From Raillietiella orientalis (taxonomy: Eukaryota): a stretch of DNA of 64,000 nucleotides. Positions 39,234 through 52,372 of this stretch are shown one piece after another. Each line of letters starts with the position of its first letter. Positions within the stretch are counted from its first letter, which is position 1. Position numbers and translations under genes: made by a program. The stretch lies in NCBI GenBank assembly GCA_036172245.1, contig JAYWIR010000003.1, forward strand, positions 5,580,001 to 5,644,000. The letters run 5' to 3'. Under the pieces are notes generated by a model. The model saw only the letters and a list, made by a program, of their open reading frames with translations, ran no database searches and had not been told where the DNA came from.

Positions 39234-40423
39234 GCGGATCCAGGCCTTCAGGTCCAGCTTCCATACCTCTTCAGCTCGTCCTCGATATATTTCTGATTGT
39301 TCAGAAGCTGCTCCGTCAGAAGCTGTTTCTGGGTCTCCAGTTGCGCCTGGATGACATTCTCCTGCTGGTTCAGTCTGAATTGGAACTCTCGCTGTTGCTC
39401 CCGAAGTCTCCTGTGGTGGTGATGTTGCTCCAGAAAGAGGATCTGCTGCTGCTCTCTCATCTGGCGATGGTACTCCTGCTTCTGGAGCATCAGGTGCACC
39501 TGCTGCTCCAGCTGGACGGCCACTTCCAAGTGCTGTCGCTCCAGTCTTTCCCAGATCTCCTTCTGCTGCTCCTCGAACCTTTGCTGGTGCCCCCGGTAAT
39601 CGTCTTCCAGCTGCTTCAGCTGATCACGCTGCTTCTCCAAGAGGACTTACTGGTGCATCTCCTGCAGCTTAGCAAGCTTTTCCTGCTCTTCCTGTTTGTA
39701 TTTTTCCAGCTGCTTCTTCTGGTATTCCATCTGCCGCTCCAGGAACTGCTGCTCCGCCACGAGCTTCTGCTCGCGTTCTTGTTGCTGGCCTTCCACGTGC
39801 TGCTGCGCCTCGTTCAGCTCCCCTGCTGTTCGGACAGCTTCTCTTCGAGGAACAGCTTATGCTCCTCCAGTTTCTGCTGAAGCTTCATCTGCTGCATCTG
39901 GAGCCTGTCTTCCAGCAGCTGCTCCTGAAACGCGAGCTCCGCTCTTAGCTGATTCCTCTGTCGCTTCAGCGTCTCCGAAAGAGACACTTGCTTCTCCGCC
40001 CATTCCTTCTTTAGAGTTTCTTCTCCCCTTGCTGCGACTTCCTCGCTGCCAGTGGTCGTCAATTCCGGCAGTAGCAGTATGTCCATTGATTCCTCAGCTC
40101 CCATCGCTCCCAAATTCTCAGGGGTGCTCGGCGTTCCGTCGGTGGTTGCAGGTGTCGTCACCGTGCTTTCGGCACCATCGATGGTGTACTCCAGCGCGGT
40201 GGCTCCTGGTAGCGCCTCTGGACTTTTCTCCGCCTCCCATCGGTGAATCGCATCTGCAGTGGATCGCGCTCCCGGCAACGAAGAAGGCCAGGTCCAAGAA
40301 GCGCTGGGACTGCATGGTTGTTGGTTATCGGATTCCGCTGCAAGTTCTTCTACCTCACGAGCAGCTGGCCACGTCAGCACTGTCTGTTGCCCAGTACGAC
40401 TCGCGGTGTTGTCGATCGTGGTT
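39234..40423 (-). pseudogene. Disrupted intronless ORF: low-complexity N-terminus followed by a long Gln/Glu/Leu-rich hendecad coiled coil
   Basis: ORFs 39814..40380 and 39248..39640 join into one reading if one G is added in the GGGG run at 39820-39823 and the TAA at 39647-39649 is read as CAA. Codons are strongly CAG/GAG/CTG-biased. Family unknown. Confidence 0.7.
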
Positions 40424-41099
40424 CACGAGGACACACTAATTGACACTCAGAATGGCGAAGTCCAGGATGAGTTGCAAAAACTTGAAAACACACACGCGCA
40501 CACACAAGAGTTCCAAAAACGGTCCAAACATTGGAAGATAGCGAAGAGATGCAGCAGGAAATTTGAGGATGTGCATCAAGAGATGTGAGTGAACCAAGCA
40601 GTAAGATCCCAAGGACGATTTCTTATCTCAAATGCATGAGGTGGCTGACGCGGGATGAAGAAGGAGCCTAGAAATAAGGAAATTTTACAGAAATGGATTC
40701 GCGGGAAGTGCCATCAGCATTTCTCTACCGCATGTTCGAAAAATCACTCCAAAGATAAAAGGGCATTCTACATGGAGTGGCGACAGAAAGCGACAACAAC
40801 TCGAAGATATAAAGAATATGGCCTTCTATCTGGCTCTCGGTATGTAATAAAGAGAGAAAGCAGAAGACAAGGATAAGTCAAGAAAGAAAGAATCATTGGT
40901 TGAAATTAGGAAGAAGAATGAGGGTCTAACCCCAAATGCAAACTGGTGATTAGCCAATGACATAAGCACTACCAAGGTCACATAATGAACGTATCTCCAT
41001 TTGAGAGAGAAAAAGGAAAACAAAAAATTGTAATCTCCAAAAAACTAAAAGTATACAGCACAACTCGTCTACAAGGGAAACGAAACCTTACTGCTTTTC

Positions 41100-42750
41100 G
41101 ATTCTGTAGTGATAACTACGGAACTAGAAAATAATTCACAGGGGAAATAGAGAGGATTGGAAATGACGAAGGTGGGTGTAAGGCCAGTATTACAAACAGT
41201 AAAAAATATGGCTTGGAAGAACTTTTGATCAAGATTAGCTACAGAAGAACTTCCACATCTATTGCTGACTGGTGCTTATCGTCCATAAGGAAGAAAAAAC
41301 TAGCTGTTGAAACTCTTAGAAAAGAGTAAGAGGTGGAAGTGCTCAAGGACATTGTATTGGAGATCCAGGTATTTCTGTTAGTGAGGACAGAAGCTAGAAA
41401 AACAAAAACAGGACGAGTTCGATGCGAACAGTTCGACGGCCAGGACGAGTTGAGCTGGTATGGATATTAGTGTACAGAGGAAGATCTCCACGCTGTACTC
41501 GATCTTCAAACTGAAGGAGAAAAGTCAATTAAATATGGGGGGTAGCACATAAACGCATCAGATCGTTCATTAATTCAGACTGGAATTAGCATGCAGAATG
41601 TGGAGAGGGAAAAGCAAACTACGGCCGTTGTGATGGCCATCCAAGCGTACCGTGAACGATGGCCTCTGTTCCAAGAAACTACCGAAACGTGGAATTTAGC
41701 AGACGAAAACATTGCAATACCTTAAAGCAAGTGATCTTATTTCCCTCGTAACTTGCAAAGCGGTGACGATGAGAAACGACTCTAATGAGCAGCCACGCAA
41801 GCTAAGCTAAATCCTGGAACAAAGGAAGAACATCGAGGGGGTGAAGCTAGGACACTTGGAGAAAAGCATCTAGTGGAGGACTTTTTTTAAAAATAAAACA
41901 TGACAAAAAATAATGGAGAAGAACGAAGAAACGACAGACGTGCTTATGAAAATACCGAGGGCAGCAATTTAGGAACCGTGCGTTAAATAAAAAGAGGGAA
42001 GAATGCCTCCTTTTGAGTTTGAGGAAAGTGGAAGGAAGGATTTGTTTGTGTCATTTGGAAAGAACTTTGCAAATGAAGAAATAACATGAGCTCTTCAAGA
42101 AACCAACCCGACAATCCCATGTTTGATCCAGAACCTCATAACCCATTGACGAAAAAACAGTCATGGAATCGTAGCTGCACTAATTAGACACCTACTGCAT
42201 TTAGCGAAGGTATGCAGTCGACTAATTCAATCTTTCTATGGAGATCGTATGAGTCATATGCTCCAAAAGGCGATCGCAACAAGATAATCGAATGGGGCCC
42301 AGTACTGTAGATACGCATTCTACATAATGACCAAGGTTTGGGCAAATCGGGCAAATGGACTAGGGAGAATAGAGGAATCTATCATTTGTCCCTGCCACAA
42401 AGATTCGCATGGGAGAATTCGAAAGGGCAGTGCCCAAACCTTTTGAGAGATGAAAGGTACCCCGGCAATCGCGGGCATTTCGAAGTTTCAGCGCAAATTA
42501 CCGAATGCTGGTTGATGTCTTCGGAGGAATGCTTGTTTTGAGAGTCGCCAATATCCACAGGATGGCGGAAGTCAAATGAAAGTTTTGGATGAATGGAGAA
42601 AATACAGAGTTGATACAGATCTCCCAAGTCACCAACAAGTAACGTACATGCGGACCGGTGAGAAATCGCACGCATCGATCCAGAAATCAAAGCAGACCAA
42701 CTTTGAAATACTGACCGTATGCCGATGTTTTTTTTTTATCTATGAGATGC
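41100..42750 (+). mobile_element. Decayed Ty3/gypsy pol (RT to integrase)
   Basis: HIYC*LVLI (~YLDDVLI), CEQF.GQDELSWYG, LVDVF and PSHQQ....GEKSHASIQK (~PYHPQ..ER...TIK), in RT-then-integrase order. Confidence 0.4.
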
Positions 42751-43739
42751 GAAAGACAAAAAACATCGCCATGGGGTGGCAGCACCACCAAGCAAAGATA
42801 CGGAAAACTCACACTGCTGACATTTCTGGCAGCTGAGATGGAATCAAGCGGCAGTCAGTGAGTTTCCAAAACGCTGAACACGTGAAATAGCTAAGATGCA
42901 CAGCAGCCAAGAGAGTTAAGAGGGAAAGCAGTGAAGAATAGTTTGCGCAGGAATGAAGCAAAGAACTTGAAAGCGCTCCTATTAAGACTCCTTGCAAAAA
43001 GAGGAGAAATGACTTCTGCAATGGAACCTTCCGCCCGAAATGTGCTTTACTGATTTGTTCTATCCAACGGGCAAACATGATAAAGTGAAGTGAAAATGAA
43101 GACGCGACGGACACATAATGATTTAATCTATGGTGCAAGAAGTCGAGGGCAATCTTGAAAATCTAACAAACTGAAGAGATGGGCAGCCTCGAAGTGTTAC
43201 GATGGGTAGCCAAAACTTTGCTTAGCTAACTGTGCGACTTCTATCGGAAATACTCCAAAGTTCTGGATGTGCAGAAAGGTGCAGTCATGCTGCTCTAAGG
43301 AAAATGGACTGGAAGTGTATGGATAGTCCGTAGAAATCTTATCACATTGTGATACAAACGGAAAATAATACCTAAAAAGGCAAAGCAATATGGGAACAAG
43401 AATCTCTACGAGTTCCCGTGGAATAACACATCCAGTGCAGAAAGACTTCAGTCAAACACTTTAATTGAAAAAAGTAAGAGAAATTTATAGGAACGGGAAA
43501 AAAACTCAGTGAATTGGATGCTGGCAAGTGAGGTAGTAGACAGCGTTAGGAGACCGACAGTGCCATGGAAACCGTGAAAGGATTAATAGGAAATCGAAAC
43601 ACTGCGGAGTGGCAGAGGAAATGATGGGGCAGTTTGGCGTGGAAGGAACCTTGCGTCGGGAATCCCAGATAATGCATGGAAAACTACGATGAGAATCCAA
43701 AGTACCGCAATTTGATGTCAATGAAGAGCAAACTGTGGG

Positions 43740-43900
43740 GCATGAGGAATAAAAGAAATACCGATGCATCTATTTCTACGTCAGACACTGGATCCAGATC
43801 GGATGTTGCAGAGCAATTTACTGAAATGGAATATCTATTGATGGTGCAGGCAGTCCAGTGCACTGTACACAGTGTCAAGGAAGTGGAATAGAAAGCAGTT
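43740..43900 (+). mobile_element. LTR-retrotransposon RNase H remnant
   Basis: NTDAS.....SR...AE.F..ME.L...AV resembles the TDAS...SR.L..AE..Y...E.E.LA motif. Confidence 0.3.
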
Positions 43901-44759
43901 CTTCACCTAACCGTATACCTCGCATCGCTTATATCAGGAACACGAATGATGATGAACACCAAGGCAATTACATAACCCTCTGCTCCTATTTGGAGAAAAG
44001 AGATTTAGAAACCAAATCATCTAGGAAAAACGTAAAACACTGTTTATACATGTAGAAGTAACTCAGCATAATTGTCTCACCACCTCAAAAAAGAGGGAAA
44101 ATTCTTTTGCTTTTTCCTAACTGTACTCTGTGGACAGGCAGCCTAAATAAGTCTTTAGACCAATTTTCGAAAGGACTTCCTTCAGAGGCTTATCTACAAA
44201 GCGAAGTGTTATCTTTGATTTGTGCAACAGTAGGATATTTCCGACTAGAGCGGTATAAGTTTAGCTAACATACGAACAGAAAGGTTAGTGACAACTGAAC
44301 CCTTTCCTGAGTGTTCGAGCTAAGGAGATACCCTTACTAATGGTGTTCTGTAGATAAAAAGCAAGAACAGGAACAGATAATTCCTTGAAGGCTTCTACAA
44401 TATGCAATGGCACAGATCTTTGACCTGCTGAAAATCCAACACAAGATCTAATCTAAAAGGGATGGCATCAGGAATCGTATATATCCCAGATAGCGTTCAC
44501 TGCCAAAAACCAAAGGAGGAATCTAAGCATTGCCAAAGAAAAGCAAACCAATATGAGAATCACAAGAAAAGGTGCATTTAAGATAAGTACTTTTCGAATT
44601 AAAAATCGCAGAAATCTTCATGGGCATTACATGCCAAACCCTCAATGCTTCAAAACGATATCGATCGCATTCACAACACACTCCGAGCTAAAAAGTCACT
44701 TGAGGGCCTTGCCGAGTACGTAAAGTAGTACACGCAAAAGTACGTAAAGAAAAGCTATA

Positions 44760-45430
44760 GTGCGGGAAGGAAGAGTGTCAGGAGGAAGAGGACCCGCGAA
44801 GTGTGGAAAAACCACAACACAACTTCGTGTGGTCCAGGGTAACAAAGAGAAACCTATGCCGACCAGTGGTCGAAGAGGACCAAGAAACCAGTGCCCTCCA
44901 AGAAGCCGCCGATCGCCACGGGAGTGCTGGGATAAACCTGTTGGCGATCGGAACGACGCTCTGGAAGAGTGACTTGTCACTGGATTCACAGGATAACCCC
45001 CTGATGTTTTATCCTGGAGGAATCCTGTGCGGGACGTCCATGAAGCGATTCACGGGAAGAAGAGAAGATGAGGCCTGCAAAGCATGTGGAGACAAGGATA
45101 CACGTCCCACTATGCAACAAGAGTGGCACCCCCTCAAAAGGGCTATCGGACTGCCCACCACATCGACCATGGGAATTTTAGCAAGCGTGTTCCAAGGAAA
45201 TGGGAACGTTCCCTGTTACAATCCCATGGTAAGGACGACCATCGCCCTCTTCATCACCGCCATCCATGTGCGGTGGTGGAAGATGAAGACCACCAGCACC
45301 GCCGTATCTCCGATGGAAATCCCGAAAGGGCTTATCCAGAAGGAGATCGGCATAAGAAACTGTGGAAGAGTACAGGCCTGGAACTACCGACATATCCTGA
45401 GAAGGACCGAGGACGACGTCCAAGCATGAA
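44760..45430 (+). mobile_element. C-terminal (zf-RVT-like) part of an L1/Tx1-type ORF2
   Basis: The 208-aa ORF has LW...L......F.....L.....R......CKACGDKDT followed by W and a hydrophobic helix, the usual layout of LINE ORF2 C-termini. Confidence 0.5.
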
Positions 45431-46229
45431 CGACGCCCAGCTCCCCAAGTGTAGTGAACCCCAGCGATGATCCCACGAAGCAGACTTCCAGGTGACGTAA
45501 GTGGAATGATTGGAGAAAACGAATGCATGAATATGTAGAGTGAATGATAAAAGAAAACAAATTTCGCCCCACCCCTTGTGGGACTTGTGGAAAAGAGTGT
45601 CCGGAGGAGTTGCGAAAGGGAGGACAGCCTTGCACGTGCGTGAAAAACTTCTCACGAAAGCGTTTCGAACTATACCGAACGGTGCGAAAAATGAGGGAAA
45701 ACATGTCGCTGAAAAGATGCTTGATATTTCGTTTCGTAAAACTAATTATTAACCCAAAGCACCCAAATACGCAGTCTCGTTAAATCGAAAGACCTGAAGT
45801 GCATAAAGGACTCATACAGAAGAAATCGGGGTGATTTCTGCAGTGACACTTTCCAGTGGAACTCACCATTGAGGAATGGTTGCCCTAAAAGACTCCGAGT
45901 GGGAAGCAGAAGGTCGTATACGATGCACATTGCACGTCAGACGATGATGCATGTACGGCGCCAGATAATTGCGCCATAGGCTATCCAGACATCTGAAAAC
46001 GATCGTCCCAGACAGAAATCGCCTAGATGAATGAAGGCGAACAAATTAATAAATCGATTAACCAATCAACCAGGAAATTCTACTCTGACAGGAGACGGGA
46101 ATTAGAATTCGATAGCGACAGATACATCCCCGACTCATACGTTGAAGAACACAAAACTCGAAATTCGAAAATAAAGCTAAAGTGAAATGAAACTCGAAAA
46201 ACGAAAACATCTACGATGCTATCAGAATG

Positions 46230-46700
46230 GATGCTCTCTGTGGATTGAAGGCATTATGCTTGGAGGAACATATGACCTCTGAAAGAGCAGATGATATGGT
46301 GAATGGTTCCGATGATAATGCACACTTCAAATTAGGGAAAAGAAAAAGTCTGGCAAAGAATTTTGACAGCCATTTCGATTGTCTGTGGTATAAATTATCG
46401 TCCACAAAGAAATCGGCATCAATCAGAATGGGATGCGTTCTCATAGCAAATTCTGGTTGTTTACTATTTGTCCTCGTAGAAGAATTTCTTCGCAATGAGT
46501 CAAAAAGAAAAACAGATCTTGCAGAAAGTGGAGCAATTTGATGCTACACGCTTGTTTAAGATTCAGACCATTTAATTCGGATGCAAGCAAAGGAGTGGAC
46601 ATCGGACGACCGATTATTCTGCGTCAAGGAATCTTCAGAGAAAGAGAACGGCGATTCGTACAAACAAAAAGCCGGGATATGCGGAAAAGTGTTTATGTCG
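46230..46700 (+). mobile_element. Decayed LINE RT remnant
   Basis: SDDNAHF (~ADD..F) then F.....L...KKS..I.MG. Confidence 0.3.
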
Positions 46701-49700
46701 GAACGGTGAAATGATTGGATGCCCTGGGCAAAATCCATCTCTTCCTTCTCAACGTCTGTGGACACTGACAACAAGAAAACATAGACCTGCGAAATGCGTC
46801 AAGCTAAACCTCTTGTGCAGAAGGTCCGTGGGGACTGGAACGTAGAAATCAGCAAGAGATATTGGGAAGCATAAACATCTGCTAAAGACTATAAATTGAA
46901 CCGAGTCGAACTCATTTGGCTGAGTCCCCATTATCCCGACGTTTACTACACATCATTATGCATTCCACGGATATCTGCATGATGTGCAGAGACATAAGCA
47001 GGTAGCGCTATCGGATGATTCAATGATTCATATCGATTTGACACGAAGAATCTCAGAAGCGGGTCACACAATGCGGCCTCATAAACATGTGAGCATGGCA
47101 TAAAAAAATACATTCCACATACCAATACGGTAGAGAAGATCCAGAATGCTTCCCACGCAAAGTGTTGAGCGTTATACTATATGCTGCGCATCTTTATGTG
47201 GTCCTCATCTTCGTGCAGGTCTGGCAGCAGTTTCGGTCCAAACAGCCATTACACACTACCAAATATATTCACTTAGAATACGTAGTATTTTTCAGAAACT
47301 GCTAAAATGCATTGAGCACGAGAAAATGCTCCTTCGTTCAAGAACATTGTGGGCATTCTACGACAATTCCACAACTTATGTGTAGATCTGGCAACCTTTT
47401 CAGTTAATTCATGCCAACGTCCATCTTAAATAAAGATGCCAACTAGCTAAAATGTGACTTTGCAGAGGGAAAGAGGGGATTGCTATGGAAGTTCTAGACA
47501 TGATCTTGCGGACAATTTGAGATGTAATTGAAGGACTCCCGAGCTTTCGGGCAAAAATCTTTAAATGGTGTCCACGAGCGTAGCGGAGGCAATGCAAATA
47601 GAGTGGATCATAGAAGAATGGAAAGATTCCTAAAACTGTGGGTTTCCTTCGAAAGCCCTGTGAAATGTGGCACGACTCATGCATGCTTCAAAATCAACAC
47701 GAGCCCACAAACGACGTGCGTCTGGGAACCAGCAGACTAAGCTGGCAAAACTAGGGTGCCAAGAAGGAGAGTACCCAGGAGTACATGTTTGTACACAATC
47801 ATCCACAGAGGTGGGAGTAGCTGTGTAACACAGCGGCAATACAATAAAGGAAGCCTTAGTTCGAACCCCTCATGAAACGAAAGAATGTGTGCTACACAGC
47901 GTTGTCTTCGAAAAGGTTTTGGAGTGATTTGTTCTTCAGCGTGGCTATCAAAACAAGGGAAATCTATTTGAAAAGAAATAAAACACGATGTAGTATAAAG
48001 CCTCTATCAAATCCCAAGTGGGGTGATACATAGATGAAGAAAAAAGATACCAGAACTCACTGGCATTTCAGAGCCCATGGCGAAAAAATCGGTTTTGTAC
48101 GACCGGAAGTTGGTCCTATGCATCAGGAGGATAGATAATAAATGCTCTGCCTGTAAGCAGCTCGCAATGACCAATATTAGCACTGATATAAAAAAAAAAA
48201 AGCGGCAGACAGGCAGATTCCTACACGTGCCAACAGTAACCAGAAGTTGGTCACTAGAAAGAAACCCTCATGATCAGAGGTTCACATGATTTCGTACTCT
48301 GGGGATTATAAAAAGTTTCTGAGTACACCCTTCTATGACAAAAGCAGTTGCTGCGAAATTCGAAACCAAAACAAAGCAATTCCGAGAGGATGAAAGAATC
48401 ACCAGCCTGAATTGAGCAGCAAACTTTCCAGAAAGGATCTCGATATACAAAAAGAAAGGCACCTTTTGTGGACAGACTGCAGTATTGCAGATGGGATGTC
48501 GTATTCGGGAATGGTGTACGGTTGTTCAAGAATTCAGCAGACGACAGGAAGCATTTCATCTGAGCTCCGCGATCCTCGGCAGCACTGGTAGAAAGAGGTT
48601 CTTTCTTTGATAGCATGAATCTGCAAAGGTTAGTCGTAGTGAAAGCGAAAAGGAGTACGAAAGAAAATGGATGGGAGCAGAGCAAGAGAAACGTTTGTCA
48701 GGACGCTGCTTCCAGCTCGTCTGCCTCTCTTCGCGTTGTTTCCTCACGGCGGCGAATCCAAGGCTACAGCTGAATCAGAGAAGCTACCCATCCCGATATG
48801 TCAAGAAGCACCATCAAACAACTAATGAAGGAAGGATTATAGTAATCCTCAAGAGCAGCCCGAGTCACTTTCGGACAGGACTCCCCGTCCTTCTCACCAA
48901 GGACGGAAGCATCACTAGTCAGTCCACTGCTCTCTAGCAGGCTAAAGAGTCAGAAAGCACCCTGTTCCGCTTGGTCTTCTTTCTTTTCCTCTCGGGCTCT
49001 AGCAGGCCCTTCGGCTTTTGTTTAAGTACATCGAGAACGTTTGACCTGAGTACCTCAAAAACCAGGCACCTCAGTATGTCTACGGGACAATCTGGTTGCA
49101 CGTCCTCTCATTCTGCAGAGCGACCACGGCGAAACCGGATAGCTGGAGCTGTAACGAGAAAGCTTGAAGCAACTTGTGCTGTTCTCGACACCTGCAGGAG
49201 AAGGAAATGAGTCTCTCCTGGTGAATAGTCCACACCTGCAAAGCTGGGTATACCGCAAAGAGAAAAGACTGTGCATTCGGAGATCCGACGCTGTGGGGGA
49301 AGAACAAGAAACTGCAGGCAGCGGATGAGTTCGATCCTGGAATCTTGGAAAAACGGAATCTAGGAAGCGATAGGGATGGGAAACCAACATTAGTCCAACT
49401 GAAGGAAGAAACTGAAAAGGACGCTGGAAGTACGAACCGATGGACGCATACACTTAGATAAAGAGGAGTGCAAAACAAGAGCAAAGGAGTCCTAAGGTAG
49501 TCGACCAGATAATTCCAAGAGATGCGACAAGAGGCACTGTACTTCGATTAACTTATGGAAACAAAGTTTGGTACTGCATAAAGAAATCCATCGAGACCTC
49601 ATGTTATCCTTTTTGCTAAACAACGGGATGGCGGAAAATGATGAGCGGATGAACTTACGATCAGACGAATGGATGAAGGGCTTCCTTTTGTGTATACTGA

Positions 49701-50599
49701 AGGAAGAGGAGTTCCTGGGCTGACAAACAGTAATTGCGGTATCCCGTAGAATGGTAGTAGGGAGAGAAGAACGCATGCACTGGCACTCTCGCCCCGTCAT
49801 TTCATGTGGCAGAAAGCAGACTGCACAGGAGGATCAAATCCTGGAAGATATTTGTTAGGTAACCGCTATGTAGCAACTCCTTACGGTAGTTTTTGTGCAG
49901 GAACGGTAAAAAAGCGGAGTTTCTTCGCTTGTTGAGATCGAAAATCCCACTCCTGATACATGTGGCCAAGCATGCCCATGATCTTGTGAGAAATGCTGTG
50001 ACCAGCATGCACAAAGCATTTTTCAAAGGGGCATTCAAAAGTTCATGCGGATTTTTTTTTTTTTTTTTTTTTTTTTTCAATTTCAAAACAGCCAAAATTT
50101 CAGTTCGAAGAATGCAAAATTGCTATCACGAGCTCGACCCTGCCCGAATCGAAATCATGAGATGACTGTGTGATAGTCCTTTCAAAAGAAAGAAAAAGGC
50201 TGCAGGAATTAAAGAAACACCTGGAAACACGGAATAAGATCGAGACGGAGATGAAGGACGAGGTTCATCTTCAACAGAAAAAGAAAGCTTACCAAATCCG
50301 CCTCCGTTCCGACTGCTGTTTGTTCATTGCTTTCCCTTTCGATGCGAGGGCTTCTCATAGCTCTTAGGAACCTCAATTACTTGAAAAATTTAGTGAGAAG
50401 ACATGCATTGCAAGAATGGAAGCAGTCAGATGCCATGTGCCTGATGAAGATGATGCATCCGCCGAATATGAATGTAGCGGATGGAATACAGTGATTCTAA
50501 TTGCAAATACCTTCATTTGAACCTAGAAATACTTCGGCGTAAAGATTGACGACTTGCGTAAAGAGGCGCTCGAGCCATATGGTGATGGAAACATGTGAG

Positions 50600-51400
50600 C
50601 TGTGAAAAGATAGAATCACTGATTTAGGGGATGTCCAGTGCGGGAGGTGTACATCCGTTATTCACTAGTTCCTGTTTAGTACGTACGCAGGCTTGGTACG
50701 ATTCCACACAGTCAGAGAATGCAGTAACGAACGATTGTAACGATTCCAACCGAAAGATGTGTGCGATCATGTGTGCACAGCTGTGCACAAGTCTTTACGT
50801 GACCATCAACAGGAGAAAGTTTGGGATATGTCTTAAGCACCAAAGCATTCAAACACTGAGCAGAGAGATAAGAAATGAAAGACTGTTCTGAAGACACGCA
50901 GTCGACGCCATGTGTTCTACGGATACATCGAGATGGATTGGTAGCAGTACCAATCATCCTGTGATTAGTCTGGAAATCGGAATTGAGAGCCTACAGGAGG
51001 AACAGGCAGCATACTGGAGAGTCGCTCACATTCATGTAGGCATTCCATGAAGACTTACCCCGGCATTGAAATGGAAGTACCTTTTAAAAAACACCTCCAT
51101 TCAAAGGATGAAGGGTGGGGTTGTGATCAAGCATGTCATAAACATCTTCACAAGGGCAGGTGAAACTTCGATAAAGTGCCTACGAAAACCCTTATAGGTG
51201 CATGTCCGGATTCCACTGATTTACGAACAGCATTACTGGCCCAATTATCAGAAAAGAAGTTGCCAACTTCATGTCACAGGATGAGAATCCTCTAGACCAT
51301 GAACATCGTGGGTATTTTCGAAAATCAATGGAAAGAATGCTGAGAATGGAGAGAAAGCAGTAGCCTCCAGCATGCGCGGGATTGAGGGAATTTCTCAAGG
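50600..51400 (+). mobile_element. CR1/L2-like LINE RT C-terminal remnant
   Basis: TYPGI....FKKHL (~YLGV..L.F..HI) and VHVRIPLIYEQHYWPNYQK (~VRP.LEY...W.P..K). Confidence 0.45.
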
Positions 51401-52116
51401 ACTTTTTGAGAAACACATACTACCTTTCTTAAAATAACCCTCATCCTTATACTTTCAAAATTTCACCATGATTACTTGTATTGAAGATCTATTGTAGAAA
51501 TCCGAAAATTTTCAACATGGCAAATAAATTAAGAGACTGTATTTCTGCATGTTCAAGAACAGAAACACAATGGAAAGAGAATCTAAAACAAACTCAGAAC
51601 GGAGGCGAGGTAATATCACAAGGCAAACTTTCGTCCGAAACAAAGAGTGAATCTGTGTCAACAGTACCATTCCCAGGGAAGTTTTAGGTTTCTGAAATAT
51701 CTCCAGCAAAGAGAGAAACACCAGCAACTGGCATAGAAATACTGCAAGACATCGCGGAAAGCACTAAACCTATTGCTGTTCGATGTTTACATGGAGGCAC
51801 CGTGAGCAAAAATTGAGAAATCCGATCAAGGTTAAAGAATACAGGTGGATTTACAAACAATCAAATGTTTGGACCAGGCAGACGATTTCCCTCTTATTTC
51901 TCAGAAAACATGAAAGACCGTAAAGACATACTCTAATACGCCTAACACACTCTAATACGTTTCATGAACCAAATGCAACCAGAACTTGGACTCAGCATCA
52001 ACCTTGAGAAATCCAAACTCAGCCTCCGCAGCAATCACATAAGCTAACACAATACCTGGATTCTCCAAGTTTAAGAAAGAAGCGGATGCTTCGCGCCCCA
52101 ACCTTCGTTCTCGCTT

Positions 52117-52372
52117 GCTTCCTTGCACTCTGTGAAGAGGCGACGACTCGGAGGGTCCCCCCCGGAACAGGGGGGGTCCGCTCCTTTGAACAACTGGAGA
52201 GGTGCCCGTGAAGGCTCCTGCTCCATCTTGAAACCGGAGGGGTCCCCCTGGTGGGGGGGGGGGGGGCGCTCTCCGGTCGTTGCACCACAGGAGGAGGAAC
52301 TCCCCACTCTATTCCTGGAAGGACCCGAAGGTCGACTCCCATTGTTCCGGCCTTCATCGGGGGCCTCCGGCT
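52117..52372 (+). repeat. Unclassified dispersed repeat, copy 3
   Basis: ggagggtcccc..., cgctcctttg and ctggaaggac.c...g.tcgactccca....ccggcc..tcatcggg align with 28081-28217. Confidence 0.7.

Noticed and set aside
39611..39650. GTAAGT donor overlapping the TAA in the coiled-coil ORF, as a micro-intron rescue
   Set aside because: Downstream AGs give lengths 16, 19, 22, 31, 37, 40 and 47, none restoring the frame, and the segment keeps its coding pattern.
39179..39880. 233-aa Leu-rich plus-strand ORF that looks like a membrane protein
   Set aside because: It is the antisense shadow of the CAG/GAG-rich minus-strand coiled-coil ORF.
50772..50789. 18-bp palindrome TGTGCACAGCTGTGCACA
   Set aside because: Chance expectation is about 0.24 per window, so it is not significant alone.
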